Assembly (NCBI RefSeq): GCF_001194135.2
Contig: NC_068983.1
Coordinates: forward strand, 112,984,428 to 113,048,427
From: Octopus bimaculoides
Lineage: Eukaryota
Direction of reading: 5' to 3'
DNA length: 64,000 nucleotides
Shown here: positions 1-11,699 of the stretch, one piece after another
Layout: every line of letters begins with the position of its first letter
How positions within the stretch are numbered: the stretch's first letter is position 1
The notes under the pieces: generated by a model
The model's input: the letters and a program-made list of their open reading frames with translations, nothing else
The model's database searches: none
What the model was told of the DNA's origin: nothing
Position numbers and translations under genes: made by a program

Positions 1-279
1 CAAAAAGAAAAACACTTTGTAACACCAAGGATGAAACGAAGGCAAGTATCATGGCAGCATTTACCAACTTAAACAAGGGGACCGTCCAGAAGATTTGCAA
101 GAGACTCCGAAGTCGTCTGGAGGCCATGGTTGAAGTCAATAGCAATTTTATTGAATAGATTTACTCTTTAGTATTTCAAGATATATTTATAATTTTGGTA
201 AGTATATCTGTTAAACTGAGATGTCAGTATTATTTTCATTTTTGCGTGATTTAGATGACAGTTTATTGACCGCACCCTA
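1..279 (+). mobile_element. 3' end of a Tc1/mariner-family DNA transposon (transposase C-terminus plus right TIR)
   Basis: Bases 1-160 are the reverse complement of the transposase-coding stretch at about 41000-41160 (NTKDE.KA.IMAAFTNLNK.TVQK). The segment ends in GACAGTTTATTGACCGCACCCT, which matches the TIR at 40860, and is followed by (TA)n. Confidence 0.8.
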
Positions 280-357
280 TATATATATATATATATATAA
301 TAAAGGATAAAATCATTAATAATTTTACAAGGTGGTCAGCGCGGAAATAAAAACCTC

Positions 358-505
358 ATATACATAATTATAACAAGAGATTGGCTTTACGCTTCAATAC
401 GCACCGTAGAAATAGAGATTTTAAGGTGGTAATAGGGCTTTTGGCGTCTATTTCTACAGCGCGTGGTGAGGTCTAAAGCCAATCCCTTGTTATAATTATG
501 TATAT
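358..505. mobile_element. Palindromic MITE-like element with ~59-bp imperfect inverted arms
   Basis: The left arm ATATACATAATTATAACAAGAGATTGGCTTTA...GTAGAAATAGA is the reverse complement of the right arm TCTATTTCTAC...TAAAGCCAATCCCTTGTTATAATTATGTATAT, with a ~30-nt spacer. Confidence 0.7.
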
Positions 506-2504
506 AATTGTAAAATATTTTATACATACCTTCCTCTTTCCATTATTTAATCATTCTTCATCAACCTTAATTTAAATTGTATTCTAAAATTTCATTTAAA
601 CTTTTGGCTCATCACTTATGGTTAGCACATATACTTTCATTAATCTTGACGCATAACGTAAAATCGTATGTAAAAGATTAATATAATTGAAAAACTTAAA
701 ATTTAAGTTCAAACCTTCTTACTGGTTTATCAACACCTACATAAGAAATTCTTCTGACTCATGTGAAATTATTCTGATAAGAATTCTTGTATGGTTGTCG
801 ATAATATTTTAGCACAAATTAATCTACGCCAGCGGTGTTTTTATTGTGACTATCCCAGAAATTGATAACTCCAACTTTTGTATATTTACTTTTCCCACAT
901 CTATTAATCTATTGCTATTTTGGTTGCTAATACAACTATACCTATAAACCTTATAACTTTTATTATCACAGTTTTTAAAAAAGGCAGAAAAAATAAATAT
1001 AAATTGGTGGTAATTCTCTAGTAATTAATGCTTTCATTCGATATGATGACTAAACTGGCATTAACTTTTGTATTGAAGTTTGTAGGTTTTACTATTCGTA
1101 AGAATAAGCACTTTCACTCTCGCTCTCTGTCTCTGTCCCTGTCTGTCTGTCTCTGTCTCTCTGTCTCTCNNNNNNNNNNNNNNNNNNNNNNNNNNNNNNN
1201 NNNNNNNNNNNNNNNNNNNNNNNNNNNNNNNNNNNNNNNNNNNNNNNNNNNNNNNNNNNNNNNNNNNNNNNNNNNNNNNNNNNNNNNNNNNNNNTATATA
1301 TATATATATAGGCGTATATATATATATATATATGCGTGTGTGTGTGTGTGTGTATGGGTGTGTGTGTACGTATGTATGCATATATGTATGTATGTAAATA
1401 TACACATATACATGCATGTATGTAATATCTTTCTATATAATACATATATGCACAAAATACACATACAAACTGACACAAACATACAATATATTATTTCTGT
1501 GTATCAGTATATTGTATGTGTATGCAAGCGCCTTCATTTTTATTTCTAGTATTAAAAAAATAAAATCTTATTGACTAGACATACATAGTAACACCAGAAA
1601 TAACAATGCATCTACTTTAGTATTCATATATGTGAAATATTTTGAATTGTTTGAAAACGTAAAGCGTCTTACGAGATGTTTTGTTTTGAAAACATTAATA
1701 CTTCATTCCTATAGCCTCGATGACTGTGCAGACTTCCTAGGGCACAGTAACCTCAAGATGGTCAAGGCTTTGTGAGTGAAATTTGGTGTATGTAAACTTT
1801 ATCAAAAACTCGTCGAATCGTTCAATCGTGGTGAGTAGACATGTCCTGCCACTTAACGTGATCCCATCATCTGACCCTTGTAGCGTTTCTAAATGCTACA
1901 AGTTTTCGCGTCAGACCTCGATTTGAGGATTACTTCCTGCCTTCGCCCGACCGGTCTCTGTGACCCTGCTAATGCGCAATACCCTTCCTTTTCTGATTGA
2001 CTATAAACCAAAAAGCAAAGAAAATTCATACAAATCAACTTTGTTTTTGTTCTCTTTGAGTACAATACTTTGTTATTCTCGTATTTCACTCTCTTGTTAA
2101 AGGACATGGTACTTGAAAAAGATCGGTGTCTTATCCTGGAGTATAGCCTCAAGTCAACTTTAACCAAACAGGCATTTCATAAAACGTGTTCCAGCTTTTT
2201 CTTACAAGAAACAAGTTTCTTGGAATCTTTTCTGTTCGGCTTCCAGCATTTCAAAATTTATCGAAAATTTTTATAATTTCGCACATTAATGAAATTTTCT
2301 AAGCTGAATTGATGGAGTTATTTTACATCTTCCCCCAAGAATGTTTTTAAAAATTTATAGAGGTCTAAAGTTTGATCATTTTCACTCAGTCAGGAAACAG
2401 GATTTGGAAGCTGTCACTTTGTGCGTCACTGCACATTTTGTCGTCAATATCCTGAAAATAGCACGTGTTGTCAATATTTGTATTCTACACGCGGAAAACG
2501 AGTA

Positions 2505-2940
2505 AACAACACGTCTTTTGTAGTTTGAAGCATTCAATATGCATTTAATGCGATAAACAGTACATTACAAATTAATTTAAGAAAAAAAAAACATTTTGTT
2601 GACCAAAACACGTCTTTTGTAGTTTTAAGCATTTAATATGCATTTAATACGATAGCACGAACTTAAAAGATTTATTCCAAACCGTTATTTAGCTGTTATT
2701 TTTAGCACACTTCATAACCACCTCCGTGACAAAAAAAAATGGAAAAAAGAGTAACCAACATGTCTTTCGTAGTTCTAAGCATTCACTATGTATTTAATGC
2801 ATAACCAACACATTACAATTTAAATATACTTCAAAAACAAACATTTAAGCATTCAATATGCATTTCATGCGATAGACAACGCATTACAAATTAAATATGC
2901 TTAAGAAACAAACATTTAAGCATTAGCACGTACTTAAAAG
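2505..2940. repeat. Degenerate dispersed tandem repeat, 3-4 copies of AACACGTCTTTTGTAGTTT.AAGCATTCAATATGCATTTAATGCGATA
   Basis: Copies start near 2507, 2607 and 2757, with a partial copy near 2845. Confidence 0.75.
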
Positions 2941-2970
2941 ATTTATCTAAAACAATTGCTGCCATAATCA

Positions 2971-3133
2971 AACAGATCGGTAAAATTTCCAGGTAGATAA
3001 GACAGTAGTACACAGCGTCAACAAGCGCTTTGGATGTATTTGTCAACAGATAGGTAAAATTTCCAGGTGGATAAAACCAACAAGTGGTTTCAATATATAT
3101 GGCAACAGACAGGTAAAATTTCTAGGTGGATAA
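2971..3133. repeat. Three 30-bp direct repeats (AACAGA..GGTAAAATTTC.AGGT.GATAA) with variable spacers
   Basis: Copies at 2971-3000, 3045-3074 and 3104-3133; spacers are 44 and 29 nt. Confidence 0.8.
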
Positions 3134-3221
3134 AGCTGCAGAACACAGCCTTAACAATTAACTTCAATATATTTGTCAACACGTGCTTTCTTACAGACAA
3201 ATGAATTCTCATGTTCCGCTT

Positions 3222-3235
3222 GTTACTATGGAAAC
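3222..3235. promoter_or_regulatory. RFX X-box motif GTTACTATGGAAAC
   Basis: Exact fit to the 14-bp consensus GTHNYY-AT-RRNAAC. Function is not shown and the motif may be transposon-borne. Confidence 0.35.
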
Positions 3236-3489
3236 AGGCATGAATATGTCTGTGGCTTATGATTTGCTAAAATAACCAGACATTTTCAAAATTTAATTGC
3301 CAATAACTCTTTATTTATTGATTTATTGTGAAAATGATTTTCATGGCATTCATTAGCCTATACAAATGTATTATTACAATGAATATGTAATCAATTCGAA
3401 TAGAAATTGACACTGGCAGTCAAACAGAAAAGATCTGTTTTTTGAGTAAGGATTGCATCTGTGAATATGAGAGAAAGAGAGAGAGAGAA

Positions 3490-3528
<39 letters not shown>

Positions 3529-4680
3529 TACTTTAATGGAATCGAATATGAATATTAATTTTTTTTTCCAAATGTGAACATAGAACATGTTAGAATACTT
3601 TCGGCAATCAAACCGTAGTCTCAACTGTGACTCAACGATAGCCAATAATTACTCACCGACAGTAGTTAAACAATTCTAAATTCAGTAAATTTTCACTATT
3701 TTCATATGTTTTCTGCCCCTCTTTTTCTCATCTGTTTTAAAGATATTTGCTTTTTCCGATTTGCGTGAAACCTGAAACTGCTTTTTGGATTTATTTTTGG
3801 GGCCGAAGTGTTATGGTAACTTATACGAANNNNNNNNNNNNNNNNNNNNNNNNNNNNNNNNNNNNNNNNNNNNNNNNNNNNNNNNNNNNNNNNNNNNNNN
3901 NNNNNNNNNNNNNNNNNNNNNNNNNNNNNNNNNNNNNNNNNNNNNNNNNNNNNNNNNNNNNNNNNNNNNNNNNNNNNNNNNNNNNNNNNNNNNNNNNNNN
4001 NNNNNNNNNNNNNNNNNNNNNNNNNNNNNNNNNNNNNNNNNNNNNNNNNNNNNNNNNNNNNNNNNNNNNNNNNNNNNNNNNNNNNNNNNNNNNNNNNNNN
4101 NNNNNNNNNNNNNNNNNNNNNNNNNNNNNNNNNNNNNNNNNNNNNNNNNNNNNNNNNNNNNNNNNNNNNNNNNNNNNNNNNNNNNNNNNNNNNNNNNNNN
4201 NNNNNNNNNNNNNNNNNNNNNNNNNNNNNNNNNNNNNNNNNNNNNNNNNNNNNNNNNNNNNNNNNNNNNNNNNNNNNNNNNNNNNNNNNNNNNNNNNNNN
4301 NNNNNNNNNNNNNNNNNNNNNNNNNNNNNNNNNNNNNNNNNNNNNNNNNNNNNNNNNNNNNNNNNNNNNNNNNNNNNNNNNNNNNNNNNNNNNNNNNNNN
4401 NNNNNNNNNNNNNNNNNNNNNNNNNNNNNNNNNNNNNNNNNNNNNNNNNNNNNNNNNNNNNNNNNNNNNNNNNNNNNNNNNNNNNNNNNNNNNNNNNNNN
4501 NNNNNNNNNNNNNCTAACAACATATTTCAGCATGTAGACCGGCCGCAAGTCATTGACTTTTTTGTAGTTGCAAAACGTTAAATGTCGCAAAGGAAGAGAC
4601 GTAGTCAGTTTCGTTTGTTCGACTCTGCTAATTTTGTACGCAAGCACGCACGCACACACACACGCACGCACGCGCACACA

Positions 4681-4719
<39 letters not shown>

Positions 4720-6249
4720 CAGTGCCGCATTTCCTTTATTACCAGTTTACCCAAAATATCAAGTGAATAAAAGATATTTATTTCAAAGGTTTATTATCTT
4801 TCTAACGCAAAGCAAATTATTTATCAATAACATTTTTCCGATGTTCATTCTAGAAATATTATTTCAACTGTAGCTTTTAAGTCATTCCTAAATAAATTTA
4901 AGACACGAAAAACTTTAAATTTTAGCTATTTTATCACTTGGTATTATAAACAATTTCATATTGATCAAGAATTAGGTTTGGGTGCTTAGTTTAGAAATAG
5001 AAACTAGATCAGAATCTCATGAATACATAATAGAATTTAACGATTGTCATTTTCTATCACGAAGGTATACACATATATATTCATATATACAAAATTGTAT
5101 CTCCATGCACACGCACTCAGAACTCTACTGTATTAAATGTGTGTACGTGTTAGTTTTAAAATGGGGCATAACCAGCGATATAGCCATATGTAAATACATT
5201 GTTTATATGCAAATACAAAATGAAGACACATGCGATTGGATCTTGGTGTGTAAACAAAAAAGCTGTTTTCAATATAATGGAATATTGATTTGCCTTCAGT
5301 ATGCATCATACAAATTTGTACAGAGTATGCATATAAACCCGAATGAACATAAATATATTACTGTTACAGACTAAAATAGATATAAACGCACAAGAAAATG
5401 CCAAGAAGACCTAAAGCATAAGCGGACACACTTTATTTGTCCAAAACAACTGTATGTCTTTAAAATATTTTTGCAAGGGAACTTATTTTTATAAATTGTA
5501 TATAGATTCTAAAATGTTTATAATTGGTTGCAAAATATTATTTAAAAGTGTCAGAGCAAAATACACACAAACGTTAAGCTATGAGAATAGGTGCAGAATT
5601 AAAAAAATATAATATTCATAGTTTATTTTGTCAAACATTTTATAATAGGTATGCAACAACGCAAAGAAGAACGGGATAATAAATAGTATAATGATACTGC
5701 AAGAAAAAATTAAGGAGAAGATATATGGGTACATTTTTTAAAACTTAGTATGCACACACACTGAACACACATTCCATAGCAAATTTTCATTCGTATTAAC
5801 TTAAAATATTTGTGTGTGTTCACACGGAGTTTAATGCAGCACTCATTCTGGGATATTCCTCGAAAAAAATTCTCATTACACAGGCATTATATTAGCATCT
5901 GCATTTGCTTAGATACATTCATTCAACGTTGAATCCCCAATGTAGCCTGAAACACAACACACGCACACACACATACACCCGCATGTATATATGTTGCAAG
6001 CGTATATATATATATTTTTTTTTATTTATTCATGGGTTTCAGCCAAGTGGCTGCGGTCATGCTGGTGCACACACACACACANNNNNNNNNNNNNNNNNTA
6101 TATATATATATAATGAGCAAAAATACTCGAGATTCAGTAAACAACACATGGTAAAATTATGAGTTGAAAATATGTAAAGAAAAATGAAGAAAAATGCCTT
6201 TGTTTCGCATAGCTTAATATTTTTTTTATATAAATATATACATATTATA

Positions 6250-7310
6250 TGAGTGTTGTAAAATCCAACCGGTTTTCACTATTTAAATTAGCTTTTCAAG
6301 GGGCATTGTATAGTGATTAATTCGCATGATGAGGGGGTTTCGCCATCTTGGCTGTTTGAAAAATAAGAAAGGATTTAGAGTGAACCAAGGGAGGTAATGG
6401 GTGTCAAGGGGGAATAACTGATTCCTTAGTATAGTTTCTGAGGTTGTCAGGTTTGAATATTGAGGTGTGGTTTATATTTTTGAATGAATAAGTTCTCTTT
6501 ATTTAGTCGTTCTTGCAATGAAATTGAATCTTTGCACTGGTACAGGGGGAAGATAAGGAACTTCGGCGTTTTATCACCTGCGCATCTGTCAATATGTGCG
6601 CTCAGTGCAATTTGCCTGTACTAGGGGAAGCGTATATGTTCTTTATGCACCGTGACTCTGCGTCTCAAAGAATGGCTCGTTTGGCCTACATAGTTATGGC
6701 CACAACCTTAGAACATAGATAAGGTTGTGGAGGCACATGTGAAGTTAGTTTTGATTGAGAATTTATGCCCTTGCTGGAATGTGAATTCCGAACCTTCACT
6801 TAGGTGTGGGCATGTACCACAATTGGGTCGTCTGCATTTTTTAACTGTTGGTATTGTATGTATTGAGTATAGTTTTATATTTGTAAGGAGTCTCTTGAGT
6901 GATTTGTCTTGTCTTTTCCATTTTTGTAATTTGTGTTTATTTAGAATGCTGTTCATTTTCGGGTCTTGAGTGAGTATAGGAAGATTTTGTATAATTGTGT
7001 TCTATGCTTCGTTGTTTCTAGGGTTGTGGGTTGATGTATGGGAGTGATTTGAGGTGAGGTGTGGTGTTTTGTTTTGTTGTTCTTAATGTGTTTGTGTCCA
7101 ATTTCTTGGCACGTTCAATTCCATGTTCTATAAGTGTAGCTGGGTATTGACGTTCGATAAGTGTTATTTTGAGTTCTTGCAATCGAAGTTCCCGAGTGGT
7201 TGTGTCAGACATAATCGTACAAATTCTTTTTGCTAGATTGAATGGAATATTTATTTTGGTGTGTTTAGGATGGCATGAACTGAAAAGGAGATACTGCTTT
7301 GAGTCCTTTT
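6250..7310 (-). mobile_element. 5'-truncated, frameshifted Penelope-like retroelement (RT thumb plus GIY-YIG endonuclease plus 3' region)
   Basis: Minus-strand translation gives QYLLFSSCHPKHTKINIPFNLAKRICTIMSD...ELKITLIERQYP, then KCRRPNCGTCPHL...FTCAS, IYVL...GCGHNYVGQTSHSLR and ...FIQKYKPHLNI. These are PLE RT-thumb and GIY-YIG motifs, broken by stops and frameshifts. Confidence 0.9.
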
Positions 7311-7434
7311 CAGTTCATGCCATCTCTTTCTCTTTTTCTCTCTCCAACTTTTCTTTTTCTTTCTTTTTCTCTAATCACGTGAAAACGTCACCGACAAGTT
7401 ATGTAACGGAATGTCAAGCAGAATTATTTTAAGA

Positions 7435-7466
7435 CTAGCTGGCTCCGTACCGTTAAAACTGACGGT
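7435..7466 (-). mobile_element. Helitron-like 3' terminus (hairpin plus CTAG|T)
   Basis: Minus strand reads ACCGT-cagtttta-ACGGT, then a 10-nt spacer, CTAG and a flanking T. The 5' end was not identified. Confidence 0.5.
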
Positions 7467-7715
7467 TAATTGTAGTGTTTTATATATAAATACGGATGGT
7501 AAATCAAATCAATACACTTGTCAATGTTATCCAGTGGTTGTCTTTTGAAGTGTGACTTCGATCATCGTTTGTTACGGAAATAACGCTGATTCACACATAC
7601 ATTCACATACTTCCCTGTACCTACACACATATACTAACACAGATTTGAAACGCTGTTTGATTTTTCTTTTCAGCGTTGAATATTCACCATCCCACTTTCA
7701 TTGCACAGATAGACA

Positions 7716-7780
<65 letters not shown>

Positions 7781-7784
7781 ACCG

Positions 7785-7830
7785 TTGTCCACTGACGAAG
7801 GGTAAATACCCAGAAACTCGGGTCTGTGCG
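7785..7830 (+). ncRNA. Type-I hammerhead ribozyme-like motif (minimal, PLE/retrozyme type)
   Basis: CTGACGA at 7792-7798, then A, stem II GGGT/ACCC with loop AAAT, A, GAAA at 7813-7816, stem III AC-TCGG-GT and cleavage triplet GTC at 7822-7824. Stem I is TTGTCCA/TGTGCG with one mismatch and G.U pairs. Confidence 0.7.
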
Positions 7831-8143
7831 TATCACGTCAGGTCGACGATGGGAAGGATGACTTCCCTTTGCAAATACTGATAGGGCACAGAAAGTGTGT
7901 CAATAGCCAGCTGGAGAAGGTGTTCTCCTGGGGCTACAAGCTACAATAGCATTCACCCTTAGTGGTTAGCCGCATTTAAGTGACAAATATACTTCGCGTT
8001 GTCGTGTAGCTACTGTTTATACCTCTTTCAGAGATTTATCATTGCTTATATATATATATATATACACGTGTATCTGTGTGTATGCTTGCGTATGTATGTG
8101 TTTGTGTGGTGTGTGTGTTTGTGTAGTGTGTATGTGTGTATGG

Positions 8144-8214
<71 letters not shown>

Positions 8215-11200
8215 TATCACCGCTCACTTTAATCTTTCAGCTCAATTAGTCTGATCCCATTTATCAATTTACGGTTTAGATTTTTTCCACTTAGTTTACG
8301 GAATAAACTATGGAATAAAGATGTTGCACTAAATTTTGCAGTCGGTAAATGTTATTGATATGTTTCTTTTAGATATATTTAGAGAGCTTGTTTATGCATC
8401 CATTGGACTTATGACAGTGTTTTATTTCCTTCGTGAGAAAGCATAGATGGCAGAGCTAATAGTTGACTTTTTGTGTAGTTATCAGCGATTAATATTGTGA
8501 AGTCGAACCAGAACCAAACAAACCTATGATCAAATGTATTTCAAGCACGATACTGATTTTTAATATTTGACTATATTATCTTTCAGTGCAAGACGATATG
8601 TTGAGATGAGGACGATTTAGCTGCTATGTCTAGAAGTTATTAGTTATTCTCTGATGGTAAAAATCCTAATTCTAAGCTGGTTTCAACGAACTCTCACAAG
8701 TTGCGGTATATATTACATATTGCTGCTGAAAGTAACAACTGAGATTTTGAATTATCAAACACAAATTCGTTGGCTTACTGTGCGGGTATAAATTCCCTTT
8801 TATGGGCAAAACTAACTGAGATAAAAACCAGCGTCCTCTTGCTTTTCATAATATTCAGATGTGTCACTTATCTGCTCATAACTCTGGAAACAAGAACTTG
8901 TGTTAATGGCTCCTTGTAATTCAGAAACGGATTAACAACAGTAAAATGCTTTAGCTAATAGTATTTCTACTAATTTTATCGATCATTCAGCAATAGAAGA
9001 TGATGTAATGCTGGGCAGAATGTGAATTCTAAAAGGCGCAACTAAATACTGCAATAGATAGGAAATCGTTCTGCTCCACCATTTCTACTAAATCGTCTCT
9101 CTCCCTCTATATATGTGTGTGTGTGTGCGTGTGTGTTTATATGTATCTATATATATATGTCTTCAGAATTTTCATATTTATATGGGATGAGGAGTTTTAG
9201 ATTATGAAATAACTCTTTGGTGTTCCCTACTTCAACTAAAAGTATGTCACAAATTGGTGTTTGATGAGTGGTATACCCCGCTGACTCCTTATTTTCTGCA
9301 ATAAGAAAAGATTCAAAGCGATGTAGACCCCAAAGATAAAAAATGTTACTAAACACTACAAGAATTTTTGTCATGTGCTCCACTGAATTCTTACGAACAA
9401 ACAACACTAATAATTCTGATAACATTTGAGAATGCATTTTACAAAGAAAATATTGCCTTTCCTTATATTGCATATGCCGCTAGCAGGAAGAATACTACAA
9501 ATCCGAATTTACAATTTAGTTTCTGAGCGAATTCCTTTTAGTTATATTTACTTTCTATGCGTCATTAATGTCGTAAGAAAAAATATGAATACATCAATTT
9601 GTATGCTTCATAACTAGAAAAAAAGCAATAAAGTATTCAATGGGGTTAACCAACCATTAAAGAATACTAAACATTATGACTAAGATGAGGCGAAACTACA
9701 GTACATACCATTTCTATTACATTATTTTATTTATGCGAGGAAGTTTGGTTTTTGTCTTTTCTGTTCTTCAGTCTATACAGTTAATAATTGATTTTGTATT
9801 TACGCACAAGTCCACGAATGTGTAGGAAAGGAATACAGACGTTTGAATCGAGCCGCTAGATAACTAATATTTTATTTAATCAGGACCGGAGAAATGACTG
9901 GCGAAAAGTGGTCTCAATGGTATTTGAATTCAAATTAAAAACTATTACTGTATTGCAGATAAGGAATATGAAACACCTTATGAATTTTAATTCAGTTCTA
10001 GTGTTAATTCTCTCTAAATTGTGCTACGAGAATACTTAGAGAGAATTAGAATTCGATCGTTATCTACAATCACTCAAAGAAGACAAAATACCCCAGAAAG
10101 AGCGTCTACATAGTCGCTAAATCTGGTAGTAATAGTAACCAACTCATAAAATCATACCCTCTCGTCTTAAAAAAAGGCGAAGGAAAACTTGGATAAAATA
10201 TTTAAAGAAAATACGATATGGTCATATTTGGAACCTTTTTGATAACAGTTGTGTTCGTTCAGGTATGACATCATTCAATGTGTCAATTCCATTCTGTATT
10301 TATAATCGTTAATTTATTGATTTTAATAATGATGCTTGGCACAGATTTCTAGGTTGAAATCTAGAGAAGAATCTACTTAATATTTGTGATTACGAAATGG
10401 AGGTAGCACTCCAGAGGTCTTAGTAAACGGCTGACCTATCTAAGGGAAAACATACTGTGGTAACTTCCTGTGACAAAGGCCAAGCCCGAAGGGAAGTTGA
10501 ACCAAGAAGTACACACTAACCAAATGATCGTTAATTACATTACGCCGTTTATACTGATGAAACAAAACAACACGCTGCACTTATTACAGTTTGTTGAATT
10601 GAGCTTTAAAGTATGGTAAATCTTTTCCAAAACAATGCACTGGTGGAATGTGATCGATTTTGTCTTTTCACATTTCTCTTGATTAACTGAACTACGATTT
10701 GTCCTCTCTGTTTGATCATATTAGTTCTATTTATATGGTGTAGACATATATGGATCACTAGGACAAACTTAAGACCGTCTTTATGGAATGTGGTTAGGCA
10801 AGTAAAGCTATTTACCGTTCACTGCGATAAATTCTCAGTGTGAACTGCCTATTTACACATGGGTACATGGATACAATCGCGACGTGTATAACAAAATATG
10901 AACTTCTCTCCATTCAGCTGTTAATTCCACTAACATCGAGAATCAACCGCAATTTTATTAATCATATATCGATAACATCCCGTTTTTTGTATTTCACAAT
11001 CTTGTATCCTTTTCATAAAAAAAAGAAATGCTGTAGTGCTGCTCCGACATAGCGCTACTTGAAGGGAAACAGTTCCCTTCTGGAATTTTATTGATTGCTA
11101 GATAGATAAATGAACAGATAGACTTAAATCTGACTCTCCTTATATATATATATGTAGCAATATAGTAGAAAGTTTCTTTTTGATATTGTATTTGTCTACT

Positions 11201-11699
11201 TCAATTTGCACTTTATATAGGAAGAAATGAAATCGATGATTACCAGGAAGACGTAAGGAATTTCAATTTCTTCGCTGACATTTTTAAACAGTTTTTCTCG
11301 GAAGTGCTCTTTTCATTCTATATTTATTTTTAGTCCTGCAAGTGACAAAAATGTGAGGCATGTGCAAAGGAAACCTATAAACGTTTGAATTACTTTAACC
11401 TTTAAGTTAATGTCATTTTTATATTAATCGATCCAAGACATATGGAGAGTAAAATTTCCTATTCACTTCTTATAACAGATCACTCTAAGCATTACTGCCG
11501 TTCAGTTTGTGAAAATATAAAATTACACACCACGCATACACACACAATCACATACACACAAGCACGCACATTGCTCCTTTGTGTGCGTTACAATAATTCA
11601 GTGTCACATTATCTTTTATTAAACATCTAATATCATAAACAATGTTCAATAGACTGCTTGTTCTACTTTATTCATATTGTTATTCATTTTATCGATTAT

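Noticed and set aside
2971-3133. CRISPR array
   Set aside because: Only three degenerate repeats, unequal spacers that resemble each other, no cas genes, and a eukaryotic context.
9884-11252. Small plus-strand exon candidates (9884-9919 and 11221-11252)
   Set aside because: Only 32-36 nt, open in more than one frame and not linkable to a recognisable protein.
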